Assembly (NCBI GenBank): GCA_002245135.1
Contig: NGBS01000292.1
Location: 310,001 to 374,000 of the forward strand
DNA length: 64,000 nt
Direction of reading: 5' to 3'
Source: Proteromonas lacertae
Lineage: Eukaryota
Position numbers and translations under genes: made by a program. A model generated the notes under the pieces. It was not told where the DNA came from. It worked only from the letters and a program-made list of their open reading frames with translations, and ran no database searches. This document shows positions 52,950 to 64,000 of this stretch, in pieces (the first letter of the stretch is position 1; the number at the start of each line of letters is the position of its first letter).

Positions 52950-53621
52950 ATGCCTCCTCCAAAGAAGGGAAAGAAAGGCAAGAAGAAGAAGAAGGGACCT
53001 CCAGAACCAACAAGGTTTAAGTTTATTTCTTTTGCATCAGAAGGTGGTGTTGCTAGAGCACCTCTAGCAGCAGCTATGCTTAGAAACCTCGCAAAACATA
53101 CTATTATTGATCCAGATTTAGGTATTGATGTGGATTCATTCGGATTAACACCATTCCATAACAGTGAAATGCCTTTACCAGCAATTGAGACTTGTTGTCA
53201 AACTCATGGTATAAAAGATTCAATGCCTGTCAAAGCTGTTCATTCTATGAATAAAAGTGATTTTACAAGAAACAATCATATTGTTGTTATGGAAGAAGAA
53301 GATTTCAATAGAATAGAAGATTTAAGAGTAAAAAATAATGTGACATCGAATTGTACAGCAAAAATTATGTTAATGAGTGATTTTTATCCACCAGGTTCAA
53401 CACTACCAAAGAATATTCCTGATGTGTATTATACAGAAGATAAACAAGCTGAAGCTTGTGAAGAAGTATATAAGATGTTTGAAGCTGCAATTCCAAATAT
53501 TATGGAGATGTTAATAGCCAAACCGAAGAAGAAATTAGAATTAGATGATGATACACCAGTAGAAGGTGAAAATGGAGATGAAAATAAAGATGGGACATCA
53601 AAAGACTCACCAAAGAAATAA
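52950..53621 (+). CDS. Low-molecular-weight phosphatase (LMW-PTP)-fold protein lacking the catalytic Cys
   Basis: FISFASEGGVARAPLAAAMLR aligns with V(L)FVCxGNxCRSPxA; VDSFG, HIVVMEE, IPDVYY. Confidence 0.7.
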   Translation: MPPPKKGKKGKKKKKGPPEPTRFKFISFASEGGVARAPLAAAMLRNLAKHTIIDPDLGIDVDSFGLTPFHNSEMPLPAIETCCQTHGIKDSMPVKAVHSMNKSDFTRNNHIVVMEEEDFNRIEDLRVKNNVTSNCTAKIMLMSDFYPPGSTLPKNIPDVYYTEDKQAEACEEVYKMFEAAIPNIMEMLIAKPKKKLELDDDTPVEGENGDENKDGTSKDSPKK

Positions 53622-53742
53622 TAATAATTACACATTATTAATATATATATTTAATTATTAAAACAATAAGAATGTTGTTGTTGTGGATATGTTTAAAAGG
53701 AAAAAATAACTATTCTATTTTATTTACTTCTGTGTGATCTGT

Positions 53743-54223
53743 TTATTTCAATTGTTTTTCATTCTTATCTCCTCCTTCTAATGCTTCTGGTTGAGAATCA
53801 TCTCCTTCTTTATCTTTTGTAGATTTTGATAGTGTAGTGATTGTTCTATTCCTATATGGATATTCTGGTAGTACTTGAGCCTAATAATAATATCAAGTTT
53901 ATGAAATACTTTGGCAAATAGTTTAGCTACTCGTTCTGAAGGTTGAGCTCCAACGGATATCCAATATTTTGCACGATCTATTGTCAATAAATAATTATAT
54001 TGAAGTAAAGAATAGTAGTTATACCTATATTGACTCTAAGTTCTTTAATGCCATCAGCTTTTGGAACTGGATCATATGTTCCTAATTGTTCTATAAATTT
54101 ACCATCTCGTGGGCATCTTGAATCTGCTACACGAATTCTATAAAATGGAACATTTTTTCTTCCAAATCTTGCTAATCGGATCTATGATCATTATATATTA
54201 TAATGCAATACTCTAATTGGCAT
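53743..54223 (-). CDS. MRPS16: Mitochondrial ribosomal protein S16 (bS16m), spliced
   Basis: [55 protein letters not shown]. Confidence 0.93.
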
Positions 54224-54474
54224 ATTATGAGCTAATAGAAAAGAAAAAAAAGAATAAAAAGAAAATACACTTTTTGAATTGTATTTAATGGTATTAATAT
54301 GTATTTGAATAAATATTCATGTAAATGGTTTTTATAACATGTCACCATATAGATTACAATTTCTAAAAACCAGCAACACAAAATTATACAAAACAACTAG
54401 ATTAATTGCTAAAAAAGAAGAAAAAAGATAAAATATAGATATTCTATAACTTGATCATCCAAAATCATGCAATT

Positions 54475-54762
54475 TTATTTACCTAAAGTTGATGTATTAT
54501 CTTGAATAATAACACTACATCGATTATAGGCTTGCAGATATTTATCTACACAATTATTAACACATGATGTTTCACTTCCATCCAGCGTCTTTGAATTATA
54601 ATTTTTAATGCAATTCAAAAAACAGGAGTTTGTAATACGATTAAACAATCTATAGATTAAAATATTATTATATTCATACTCTGTATTGCTTTTGAGAGTC
54701 ATTTTTTCTAATTCTGAGTTTAATAACTCTTCGTCTGCCTTTTTCTGAGCAATTCTATTCAT
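54475..54762 (-). CDS. TIM10: Small Tim chaperone, Tim10-like
   Basis: ELEKMT..LFNRITNSCFLNC..LDGSETSCVNNCVDKY twin CX3C; probable small in-frame intron. Confidence 0.75.
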   Translation of the reverse strand: MNRIAQKKADEELLNSELEKMTLKSNTEYEYNNILIYRLFNRITNSCFLNCIKNYNSKTLDGSETSCVNNCVDKYLQAYNRCSVIIQDNTSTLGK

Positions 54763-54812
54763 TATAATAAACTTGGCTCGAACAATTCTATTAAGAAAAA
54801 TTACATTTTGTG

Positions 54813-55100
54813 ATGGAAGCTCCTACTTTCAAGAATAAAAAAGACCAGGTTAGATACGAGACTGCAATGGCTGATATAAATATAACACAATTACAAGAGT
54901 ATTGTTTTTATTTTTTATATTTTTTTAGTATATCGTTCAGAATTGCAAATTTTTGTTCTTCTAAATGCATTACAAATTTTAGAAACGAAGAAATGTCTGC
55001 TGTTGAGAAGAAGTGTTATGATAATTGTTATACAAAGTATTTTCAAACATTTCAAGAAGTATCACAAGTAGTAGCAGAAGATATGGCTAAGAATATGTAA
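54813..55100 (+). CDS. Small Tim chaperone, Tim9/Tim8-like
   Basis: FCSSKCITNF..EKKCYDNCYTKY twin CX3C; probable in-frame intron near 54899-54928. Confidence 0.75.
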   Translation: MEAPTFKNKKDQVRYETAMADINITQLQEYCFYFLYFFSISFRIANFCSSKCITNFRNEEMSAVEKKCYDNCYTKYFQTFQEVSQVVAEDMAKNM

Positions 55101-55217
55101 AAATCATTTTTTTTTGTATTTGAATTATAAATTTGGAATTGAATAAGAAAACATATTAAAAAATCATATTGAAATGAATTTATATATTGTTAATAATAAT
55201 AATAATAATAATATTTT

Positions 55218-57391
55218 CTAATCAACTTTAACACTTGAATATATCCTTCTCACAAAAATAGTAGCTCCCCAATTACCAATAGCGCCACACATCAAACTCA
55301 ATCCAAAGCAGAACAAGAATGAGTAACCATAATAATAAGCCAACTGTAATAAACCAGACATTTTAGTCTTGAAAAAGAAGAAATAAACACAATAGAAGAA
55401 AACATAAATTGCAGTAGAAGCTGCTGATAAAAATGAAGTCCATTGCCATTGATAATTCTCTGCATTTAATAAGATATAAACTCCTACAATTGTTACACTA
55501 ATATTGACAATACATAATATGCCTATTTATTAATATTAACATATATATATATACTAAAAACTAACAGCATAAAACCATAAACAAAATAAAACTTATAACT
55601 CCAAAAAGCTGAAAATATGAAAAATATTTCAATAAATATTGAACCAAATGGTAAAATTCCAGATAATAAGATAATAGTCTATAAATATATATAAATGTAA
55701 TTATATTATAATACTCTTGGTTTTACTAAACAGTTCTTTTGTGGAATTGGTCGAGGAATTGCATTTACTTTACAAGGAATATCAACTACACCACTCCAAC
55801 TCCTACCAAATATTGTACCAACCACAACTAATGGAATATAACCAAATAACCATAACATAAACAACTTCATCATTGTTGCAAATGGAATTGTATTCATTGT
55901 ATCATAATATATAGCAATGAAATTGAGAAGAAATCCAACTAAGAAACAAGTACATGGGAATAATGATGATGAGAGTATAAGTGTCGATTTCCAATTAGGT
56001 GATGGTAATGGTGAAAAGAATGACTTATATCTACTACCACTAAGATATCCATTGATAAAGGCAGTACCAATTAAGGAATAGATGAAGAAGGAAGTGATTG
56101 TTCCAGCTATATATAGAATTAAATAAAGAATATAAAAGAGAAGAAACAAAATAGATGAAAAAGAATTTAAAACAAAGAGATAAGATATATATACGTTGAT
56201 AAACACTATTACTCCAAATTGCCAAGAATATAACAATAAACATAACACAAATTAACTGAATACCTGAACCATAGCATGCACAATATAATGACAAATGAGA
56301 TGGTGCTCTAAATACATCAGCATGCACTTGCTTCCATCCACTATCATCAATACCTGGACTGAGGAGTGAGATATTATCATCATCTAATGAATACTATTCA
56401 AATACATAGAATAAATACATAAAAAATAAAGAGATTGAAAAATAAAATAAAATGAGAATAAAAAGATAATATAAAACATAATAATTATACTCTTGCAATA
56501 TCCTTTTGTAAAGTTCTAATCAAAATAATTGCAACAACTCCACATAAAAATAACACCATCATTAATGAATTAAATATACTAAACCAATGAATTTGATGCT
56601 CAAAGAAACCATAATCTAAATACTTCTGATATCTATCTTTATATAATATATCTGTTTCAGTCCAAATGATAGAATAAGTGAAATTGTAAAAACTTCCAGC
56701 AACTACTTTTTGAAGATTATCTGATGTGATATTGACGTGTATTATATTCTTACCATTGTAACTGATATTGAACGCTTTATGGGTAAATATATAAGAAGCA
56801 TCTGGCATAATCTCATGTTCATTCACCTTATCTAATTCTAATTTTGCTTTTTCTTCATCTGGAAGGACTAATTCTCCTACCATTCCCCAGAGAGGTAAAT
56901 TATCAATAAACATTTGATACCAATAATGATTGGATATTGCATGCATGAAAGTTTTTGCATCATCTTCACTTAATTTTGTTCTATTTTAATAATTATTAAA
57001 AAATAAAATATACATTTGACATAATTGAATGGGTGTAGCTATATTTTGCTTGTAGAAGATCTTTATTCCACTGTTTTCCCACTCATTTCCTTCTAAAATT
57101 GCTCCTATACCTCCCCACATTCTTTCTGGTTTTAATAGCTCTGGTTTGCAGTAGGGTAAATGACTGTAGGAGTAAGTCTCAGTTGGATTGTGATATGGAC
57201 CAATCTAGAGCAAATATAACAACATAGATATACTTTGTTTATCCAAATTGATACAGGTTCACCATCATCATACTATTGATATATTAATAAGAACAACAGA
57301 AGAAAAAGATTTGAATAAAATATACTTCCGTTTGCGCAAATGCATAAGTAACAAATGACAACAATAATAAAACAGTTTGAACAATTTTCAT
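55218..57391 (-). CDS. TM9SF3: Transmembrane 9 superfamily (EMP70/nonaspanin), TM9SF3-like, multi-exon
   Basis: [76 protein letters not shown]-terminal VKVD. Confidence 0.93.
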
Positions 57392-57485
57392 GTTTATCTT
57401 CTTTCTCACTATGCAGAAATAGAAAAAAGAAAATTAAAAAATGTTTCAAAATTTAATCCGTTTTTATCAAAATTTAAATCAATAA

Positions 57486-58001
57486 ATGGATGAGATAGAT
57501 GAAAGTTTAGATGAAGTATTTATGTTAGATGAAAATAGTTACAATGAACGTTATCATAATGAACTTCAAAAACAGATTGAAATGTCTGTTGATCAATATA
57601 AAGAAGCTGGGTATAAAAATCCAAAATATTGCATGTAGTGAAGAATATGGGTTGAAATTAGGTATTGAAATAGGATATTATCAAGAAATAATCAATATAT
57701 TGAAAGATAGAGAGGAAATAAGAAATAGTGAATATTATGATTAGTATTAATACAAATATGTTTAATTTATATTCATTGATAGCATTTCTAAAATGATCAA
57801 TTCAATTCAAGATTTATTGAATCCTATATTCAGTTTTGTATATTTTTGATTGTATATTCTAAATAGAAATATAATGATCCAGAATATGAGAATAAATTAT
57901 TGTTAATTAGATCAAAATTTTCACTAATATGTCAAAAAATCAACAGGCCAGATTTAGTATATCATGAACAACAAGATAATATAGAAGATGATTTTATGTA
58001 A
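57486..58001 (+). CDS. LTO1/ORAOV1 (Yae1_N)-like small protein, spliced
   Basis: LDEVFMLDENSYNE..YKEAG..EYGLKLGIEIGYY..IRSKF. Confidence 0.55.
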
Positions 58002-58021
58002 TAAAAAAAATCTATTTATTT

Positions 58022-58889
58022 CTAAGCTTTATAACCAAAATATTGTTCAAATGTTTCTTTTGGGTTTTTGTAATTCACATTATAAGCATCTGGAGCATGT
58101 AATTTAATATTTTCAGCTTTCAACTCAGGATAATTGCTATTTATTGTTTCTACTAATTTTTCATTCAACATATCATACATTTTGTAATTAAAATGTAATC
58201 CATCAACTGTATACTCTTCCTTATCAGGAGATTCGTTTTCAACTGGATGGAATAGATCAATACATGGCACATTCAACTTTTTAGCTGTTTCTATACACTT
58301 CTCAGCATATTGAACAATATTCTCATTACTTCGATCTAATCCACGTTTCAATTGATCACATTCGAGTTTCCATCTCTTTTCACTTATTTTTGGTGGTGTG
58401 ACAAATATAAATCTTGTATCATTGTTTAGATTCTTCATATGATTATAAATCTATAAATTATATATATTTGTAATTTCTATTTTATACCGTCTCTAAATTT
58501 TTACCATATGTTTCTACTGGAACATGTTGTAAAGGCCAGATTTCTTCATAACAAGAATCATTTACACCTAAAAAAATAATCATCAATTTGGGACAATCTT
58601 CTTTAGGATAATTTGATGGATATAAATAGGGTAATAAATCACACAAAAATCTATTCAAAATTGATATTTTCGAAAATACTTTGTTGAATAACCTCCAAAA
58701 CCTCGATTTACAACATCAAAACGATCACTGTACAGATTAGCAAGAAATGACACGTAACCATGTCTTTCAGGATTAAAACTAGAATATATCATATAAATCA
58801 CATCAAAAGATTTGTATATACGCAAATTCAGTTATACTATCACCTAAACATAAGATATTTGGTCTTTTTGCAAAACGAATTTCACTCAT
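58022..58889 (-). CDS. IAH1: SGNH/GDSL esterase, IAH1-like, spliced
   Basis: LCLGDSITE, DVVNRGFGGYST, IFLGVNDS, QHVPV, IFVTPP, DGLH. Confidence 0.88.
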
Positions 58890-58962
58890 TCTTTCAAAAT
58901 TCAAAGATTCTAGAATAATCAAAAATATATTCGTTTCGATATTTTAATTTTAACCATAATTA

Positions 58963-59588
58963 ATGAACAATGAAAGCGATCAAGATGAAAATAATGTAAA
59001 TTATCTAAAATCGAATAGTTTGTCAAAATTTAAATCAAGTACATCTGAAAAAGAAGAATCAGAAGAGGAAACTCAAGTGAAAGTATATAACATATATAAT
59101 ATTATATTCATTTATAGAGAAAAGAAAAATCATATGAATATTATCCAAAGAGAAGAAGATTGGAATTATCAAGTGATAGTTCAAGTGAAAGCGAAAATGA
59201 AAGTGAAAATGAAAATGAAGAAAAAGTAGAAGAACAGAATGTGAATGAAAATAAAAACGAAGAAGACAATAAAACAAAATTCAATCAAAAAATTACAGAG
59301 TCTTCAAAGACATTGGCTTTATCAATAAGAGAAAAATTAAAATTGAAGAACGGATATAAACCTAACAATATAAAATTTGAGGATAAATCGAAAGAAATCA
59401 ATATTTCAATAAACACTTCTAATTTAAAGAATAAAGACTTAGTTTCAAAAATGCCCAAAATAATTAGTCGAGTAGTTAGTGATGGAATTGACAAAGAAAG
59501 AGTGTTGAAGAGTGAGAAAGAACTGCAATTTCGAATGATATCAAGACAATTAGGAAGAAACTGGAAATCAAAACAGAAAAATAATTAA
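58963..59588 (+). CDS. Hypothetical acidic/basic low-complexity protein, 2 exons
   Basis: Two ORFs joined by an intron near 59083-59117. Confidence 0.5.
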
Positions 59589-59666
59589 ATATAGCTATTT
59601 GTTAGGTATTTAAATAGTTTTTTTTTCCTTCAACAAAATAAAATGATGTTATATTCATTAAATTAA

Positions 59667-60745
59667 TCATTTCACTTCTTCATCATCTTTCGAAAAACAT
59701 CCAAAGTACATTACACATTTATTACCAAATTTATCTAAATATTCATATCCTCCATTATTCTTATACAAATCTTCAACTTTTTCTCCATAATGAGTTAATT
59801 CCTCTCTTTCTACACTAATATTTGTTTTATCAACAATTGTAGCTTCTATTTGTCCTTTCTTTGTTTTAACTTTATAAACAGTATTTGGCTCATATAACAT
59901 TAAATCATCCATAGCTTTTTTCATTGCTTCAATTGATTCAACTTCTCTTTCAATCACTTTATTATTATTATTATTTACTTTAACATTTTTCACACTATTA
60001 TTTATTGATGATTTAAAATTATCTTCATCATATATATGAGGCATAATATTATCAAATTTGAATGAATTTTGATGTTTTTTTGGTTTGATTATGTTTGATG
60101 ATTGAGGTAATTTTTCATTGTTAATTTCTTTCTCACATTTAACTGGAGAATATAGTGGTTGAGATAATAGTGATATTGGAGGGATTTTTATTTCTATTTC
60201 TTTATTGTCGCTGTGTCTACGAGCAGATACAATATAGAAAGGAGGAGATTGTATTGATGAAACACATAAGAAAGAATCTGGAATATTTGACTCAACTAAT
60301 AAATAAACACAAAAAGTATATAGTTGTGGTAATTTTGTTAATGGTATGTTCATTACCCATGCTTTTAACTCTGCATTAATCTCATAAACTGTGTAAGGAT
60401 CAATTTCTTCACCAAAATATAAAGGACACTTACTATTCTTGGTTTTTCTTAATGAAGATGAAGATATAAGATCATTTATAAGGTAAACTCTTGATTCATT
60501 ATCTACCTGAGTGAAATTACCACATACTAATATTTTCGATGTATTTGGACATATTGTATTTATTTTTATAGATCTTCCACAAAATTTACTTGGCTAAAAC
60601 ATAAAAAATAGAATATACGCTATGACCAGCAGAATTATGGTCAGGAAAGCACAAAATGTGTTTTGATTCTTTTGTTTTATTGTTTCTTCTATATGTATTC
60701 TTCCATCTAATATCAGGATCGAAGGAAATGCTATAATTCATCACT
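59667..60745 (-). CDS. Hypothetical protein; 5' structure uncertain
   Basis: 228-aa ORF extendable upstream (KCPLYFGEEIDPYTVYE); intron-like signal near 60595-60620. Confidence 0.45.
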
Positions 60746-60871
60746 TATGAGTGAAATACAAAAATATGTAACGAATATATTTTTTAGATATCAAAAAATT
60801 GAGCATTATAATCACCAGTACAATAACTATATATAATTGATGTTAAGTACTTATAAACTATTTAGTATTTA

Positions 60872-62956
60872 TTAAAAACTATTGACAATTTTGAAATGAA
60901 ATTCTTCATAATTTCCATATACTGCAGCTCCGTATGAACAAACCTCTTCACAATCGATAGATTTTAACATTTTATGTATTCCAAACTTCTCTGTTAACAT
61001 TTTTTGAACACTGAGTATTTTTGACGATTCACCACATAAAACAACATGTGAAATATCAAATGGTGATAATCTACATCTGTTAATAACATTGTCAACTATA
61101 GTCATTGTTTTATTAAATATATTTCTACAGATTATTTCAAAATCATCTCTATTCAATGTATTATCAACACCATTTTTTAGTAAAAGGTCAGAATTGATAT
61201 ATGTCTTACATCTACAGATTAATTCAATTTTGGCTTTTTCACATGCTTTTTGAAGATTAACAATTGCTTTAGGTTCTATTTTGTCTATTGTAATTCCGTT
61301 TTCTCTTTCAATTAAGTCTAAATAATAATTTACTAAAGTATTATCTACATCATCTCCTCCTAAATGTAAATCATATTCATATCCAATTATTTTTATTCTT
61401 TTACTATCATTATTAACATAACATATTGTTACATCAAATCGATTTTGAGTAAAATTATAAACCAAAGAATATTTTTCACTTTTTATATTATACTTATAAA
61501 GGTAAGCAATTGCTGAACATATTGATTCAGGTATATATTCGACAACTACAATATATGCTTTTTCACAAGCTACTTTTGTTTCATTGATTTGCTTCTTAGT
61601 AAAATAAAATGGATATGTAATAATTGCCTTTGTTAGATAGCATTCATTTTGACCTAATCTTCTATCAGCATGTTTTTTAATCTCTTTCATTATTTCACAG
61701 CTTATATCTATTGCTGATAAATGAATTGTATCATTGTTATGACATAATTCTACTTTTGGAGTTCCATAATCATTTATTATTTTAAATGGCCATTTCTTCA
61801 TTCCTTCTTGAATAACAGAATTATAAAAGGATAATCCAATGAATTTTTGAGAATCATATACGATATTACATTCATTTCCTACATAATTCTTTGCATCAGA
61901 TCCTACAACAATTTTATCATTATTAGGATTATAATAAACATAGTTTTCAATAAATGATTTACCATTTCTATTAGGTATTATTGTAACTAGTGGGTTTTTA
62001 TATATTCCACATTTTGAACTGGAAATACCAATATCTATTCCTATTATATCATTTATTGATTCTGAATTAGGAACTGGTCTAAATGTTATTAATTGTGAAT
62101 CTTTACAAATTTCTATTAATTTTTACATTAATAATTATACCTATAAACTCACTCATTAATTCTGTCATTGATATTCGATCTTCCTTCCTTTTTACTATCA
62201 TCTTCTTTAACAATACATTCAATTTTACTTCACATTCACATTCCAATTTTTTATATTCACATTTTAATATCTTATTTATTATTTCTACAACTGATTCTCC
62301 TTCAAATATGGAATTGTTACTTAATATATAGTATAATATACATCCTATACTCCAAATATCACTTTTATCATTCAATTCTTTATTTTCTAATAGCTCGGGA
62401 CTCATATACACTACTTTATCTACAGTCATATTCATTATATTTCTATTACTCTTATATAATTCCATTTTACAATAATCACTCATCTTTATCTCGTTCTTTT
62501 CATCTAATAGAATATTAGATGGGTTTATATTACCATTTATTAAACCATTTTCATGTATTTTTAATGTTCCTCTACATATTGACATCATTACATCATATAT
62601 ACCACTTTCTTCAAAATATTCTACTGGATTCTTTATATCATTCAAACAATTTACATATTTTGGCATTATCAAATAGATGTAATTGTGTTCATTCAATATT
62701 TTCGAATATTTTACCAGTTCTCTTACATTTAAACTGTTAATCTGATTAATACTAGTGATATATCGTTCAAAATCCTCATTATTAAGTGTAGCAGTGATTA
62801 TTAATTTCAATATTTCATTTTCATTAGTTTCTTTATTATAGATTTCAAACAAATTGCTATTGAACATACTTTTCACCAATTTATCATATTCATATTACAT
62901 ACTTCATAACTATCATCTTCAGATAGTGCTATTGGTAAAGTCAATTTATTATTCAT
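60872..62956 (-). CDS. Pseudokinase-Hsp70 nucleotide-binding-domain fusion protein, copy 2
   Basis: Intron 62113-62140 joins the kinase in frame to IGIDIGISSS..KKWPFKI..LGGDDVD; clear paralog of 2978-5058; the first intron's acceptor could not be resolved. Confidence 0.82.
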
Positions 62957-63119
62957 CAAAAAATAGAAAAGTAAAATTGAAAGATTATTTCATTATAGAT
63001 TAAGAAGTAAAATATAAATTATAGTATTTATTTTTTAATTCTATTTTGACATTAATTTTGAATATTTATTCGTTTCATTCAAACTTCATTCAAACATTCA
63101 TCATTCAATTTTTCTTTAA

Positions 63120-63396
63120 ATGTCAACGAAGAGAAAAGCAGGTAGTAAACTATTAGAAGAATTAGATACAAAACTGAAAGAAAATAATTATTATGAATGT
63201 TTACAGTTATATCGAACACTTTTTTCTCGTTATATAACAAAGAAGGATTATGAGAAAGGAGAAAAATTGCTAATCGATGGTGTGAAGATATTTTTCTCAA
63301 AAAATGAAGTAACAAGTGGTTATGAGTTGATTAGTGTATATTTGAAGAGTTTAAAAGATAGAAAAGCAAGTTACAATGAAGAAATAGATAGTATGA

Positions 63397-63428
<32 letters not shown>

Positions 63429-64000
63429 CTTGTAATAGAAGAATTAAAAAGTGTATTTGAGTTAATGCCTAGTTGTGTTGAAAAGAATCAAGCATTAATG
63501 GCGGCTTTGAAGTATATATAATTAATATAACTCAATAAATAGTTTATCATACAATTCAATTCCAGTTGGTTCTGCTGCAATTCACTATGAATTATCAAAA
63601 AGTTTAAGAGATTTGAAAGACTATAAATCATCAGCAGAACATTATATATACAGTAATCATCCAGAAGAATTCAGTGAAATGATTTACGAATGGTCTAATA
63701 AAGAACAAGGTGATGAAATATTGAATAAAGAAATATATATATTAAGAGAAGTGTTAAAGTATTTAGTAACAGAGAATATAAGAGATAGTAAAATCTTTTT
63801 CAAAAATATAAAATCAATTTATGAAAATAATAAAATAAACGTAGAAAATGATGTAATAATAAATTTGTGTGAGTATTTAATAGAATGTGTACAAAGAGAT
63901 GCATTACCTTTGTTTAAGTTATTACAAGAGAAATATTCAAAAATATTCAGTATTGATCCAAATTTTGAAAATGTATAAATAATAATAATAAATTATAATA
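63120..64000 (+). CDS. GET4: Golgi-to-ER traffic protein 4, runs off the window end
   Basis: KLKENNYYECLQLYRTLFSRY; AEHYIY; YILREVLKYL; FKLLQEKY..DPNF. Confidence 0.85.

Noticed and set aside
131..63315. Numerous short antisense/overlapping ORFs in the track (e.g. 131-469, 4269-4589, 13959-14210, 39014-39427, 62168-62518)
   Set aside because: Shadows of real genes with I/L/F/Y-biased composition and no motifs
1..64000. Alternative genetic code (stop reassignment)
   Set aside because: Long ORFs read cleanly in the standard code; apparent internal stops are explained by introns or frameshifts

Overview
Very AT-rich, gene-dense eukaryotic (protist) DNA. It uses the standard code, has tiny GTAT...TAG introns (about 27-50 nt) and very short divergent intergenic gaps. 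The gene set (He_PIG/PA14 surface proteins, tenascin-like EGF proteins, type I PKS remnant, small Tims) suggests a Blastocystis/Opalinata-like stramenopile; this is inference only. About 28 protein-coding loci are recognisable: MAT1, TBC-TLDc, F-box-Arf-like, Cupin_5, HisRS, SLC35F6-like, BRCA1/BARD1-like, FtsX-like permease, LMW-PTP-like, mtS16, three small Tims, TM9SF, LTO1-like, IAH1-like, GET4 and others. The standout structure is a ~10 kb composite mobile region (~32672-42783) that truncates a decayed PKS. It holds an EnSpm/CACTA(Plavaka)-like transposase ORF and an intact Mutator (MULE/SWIM) element (35718-40835). The MULE has Foldback-type ends: 333-bp identical inverted arms plus asymmetric arrays of an identical 120-bp unit, with no TSD. 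Its left end supplies the in-frame ATG of the neighbouring CACTA-like transposase. Also notable are two dispersed copies of a spliced pseudokinase-Hsp70-NBD fusion gene and a cluster of single-base frameshifts at 15.5-23.1 kb, probably sequencing errors. No rRNA, tRNA or CRISPR array was seen. Exon boundaries were read by eye and are approximate.
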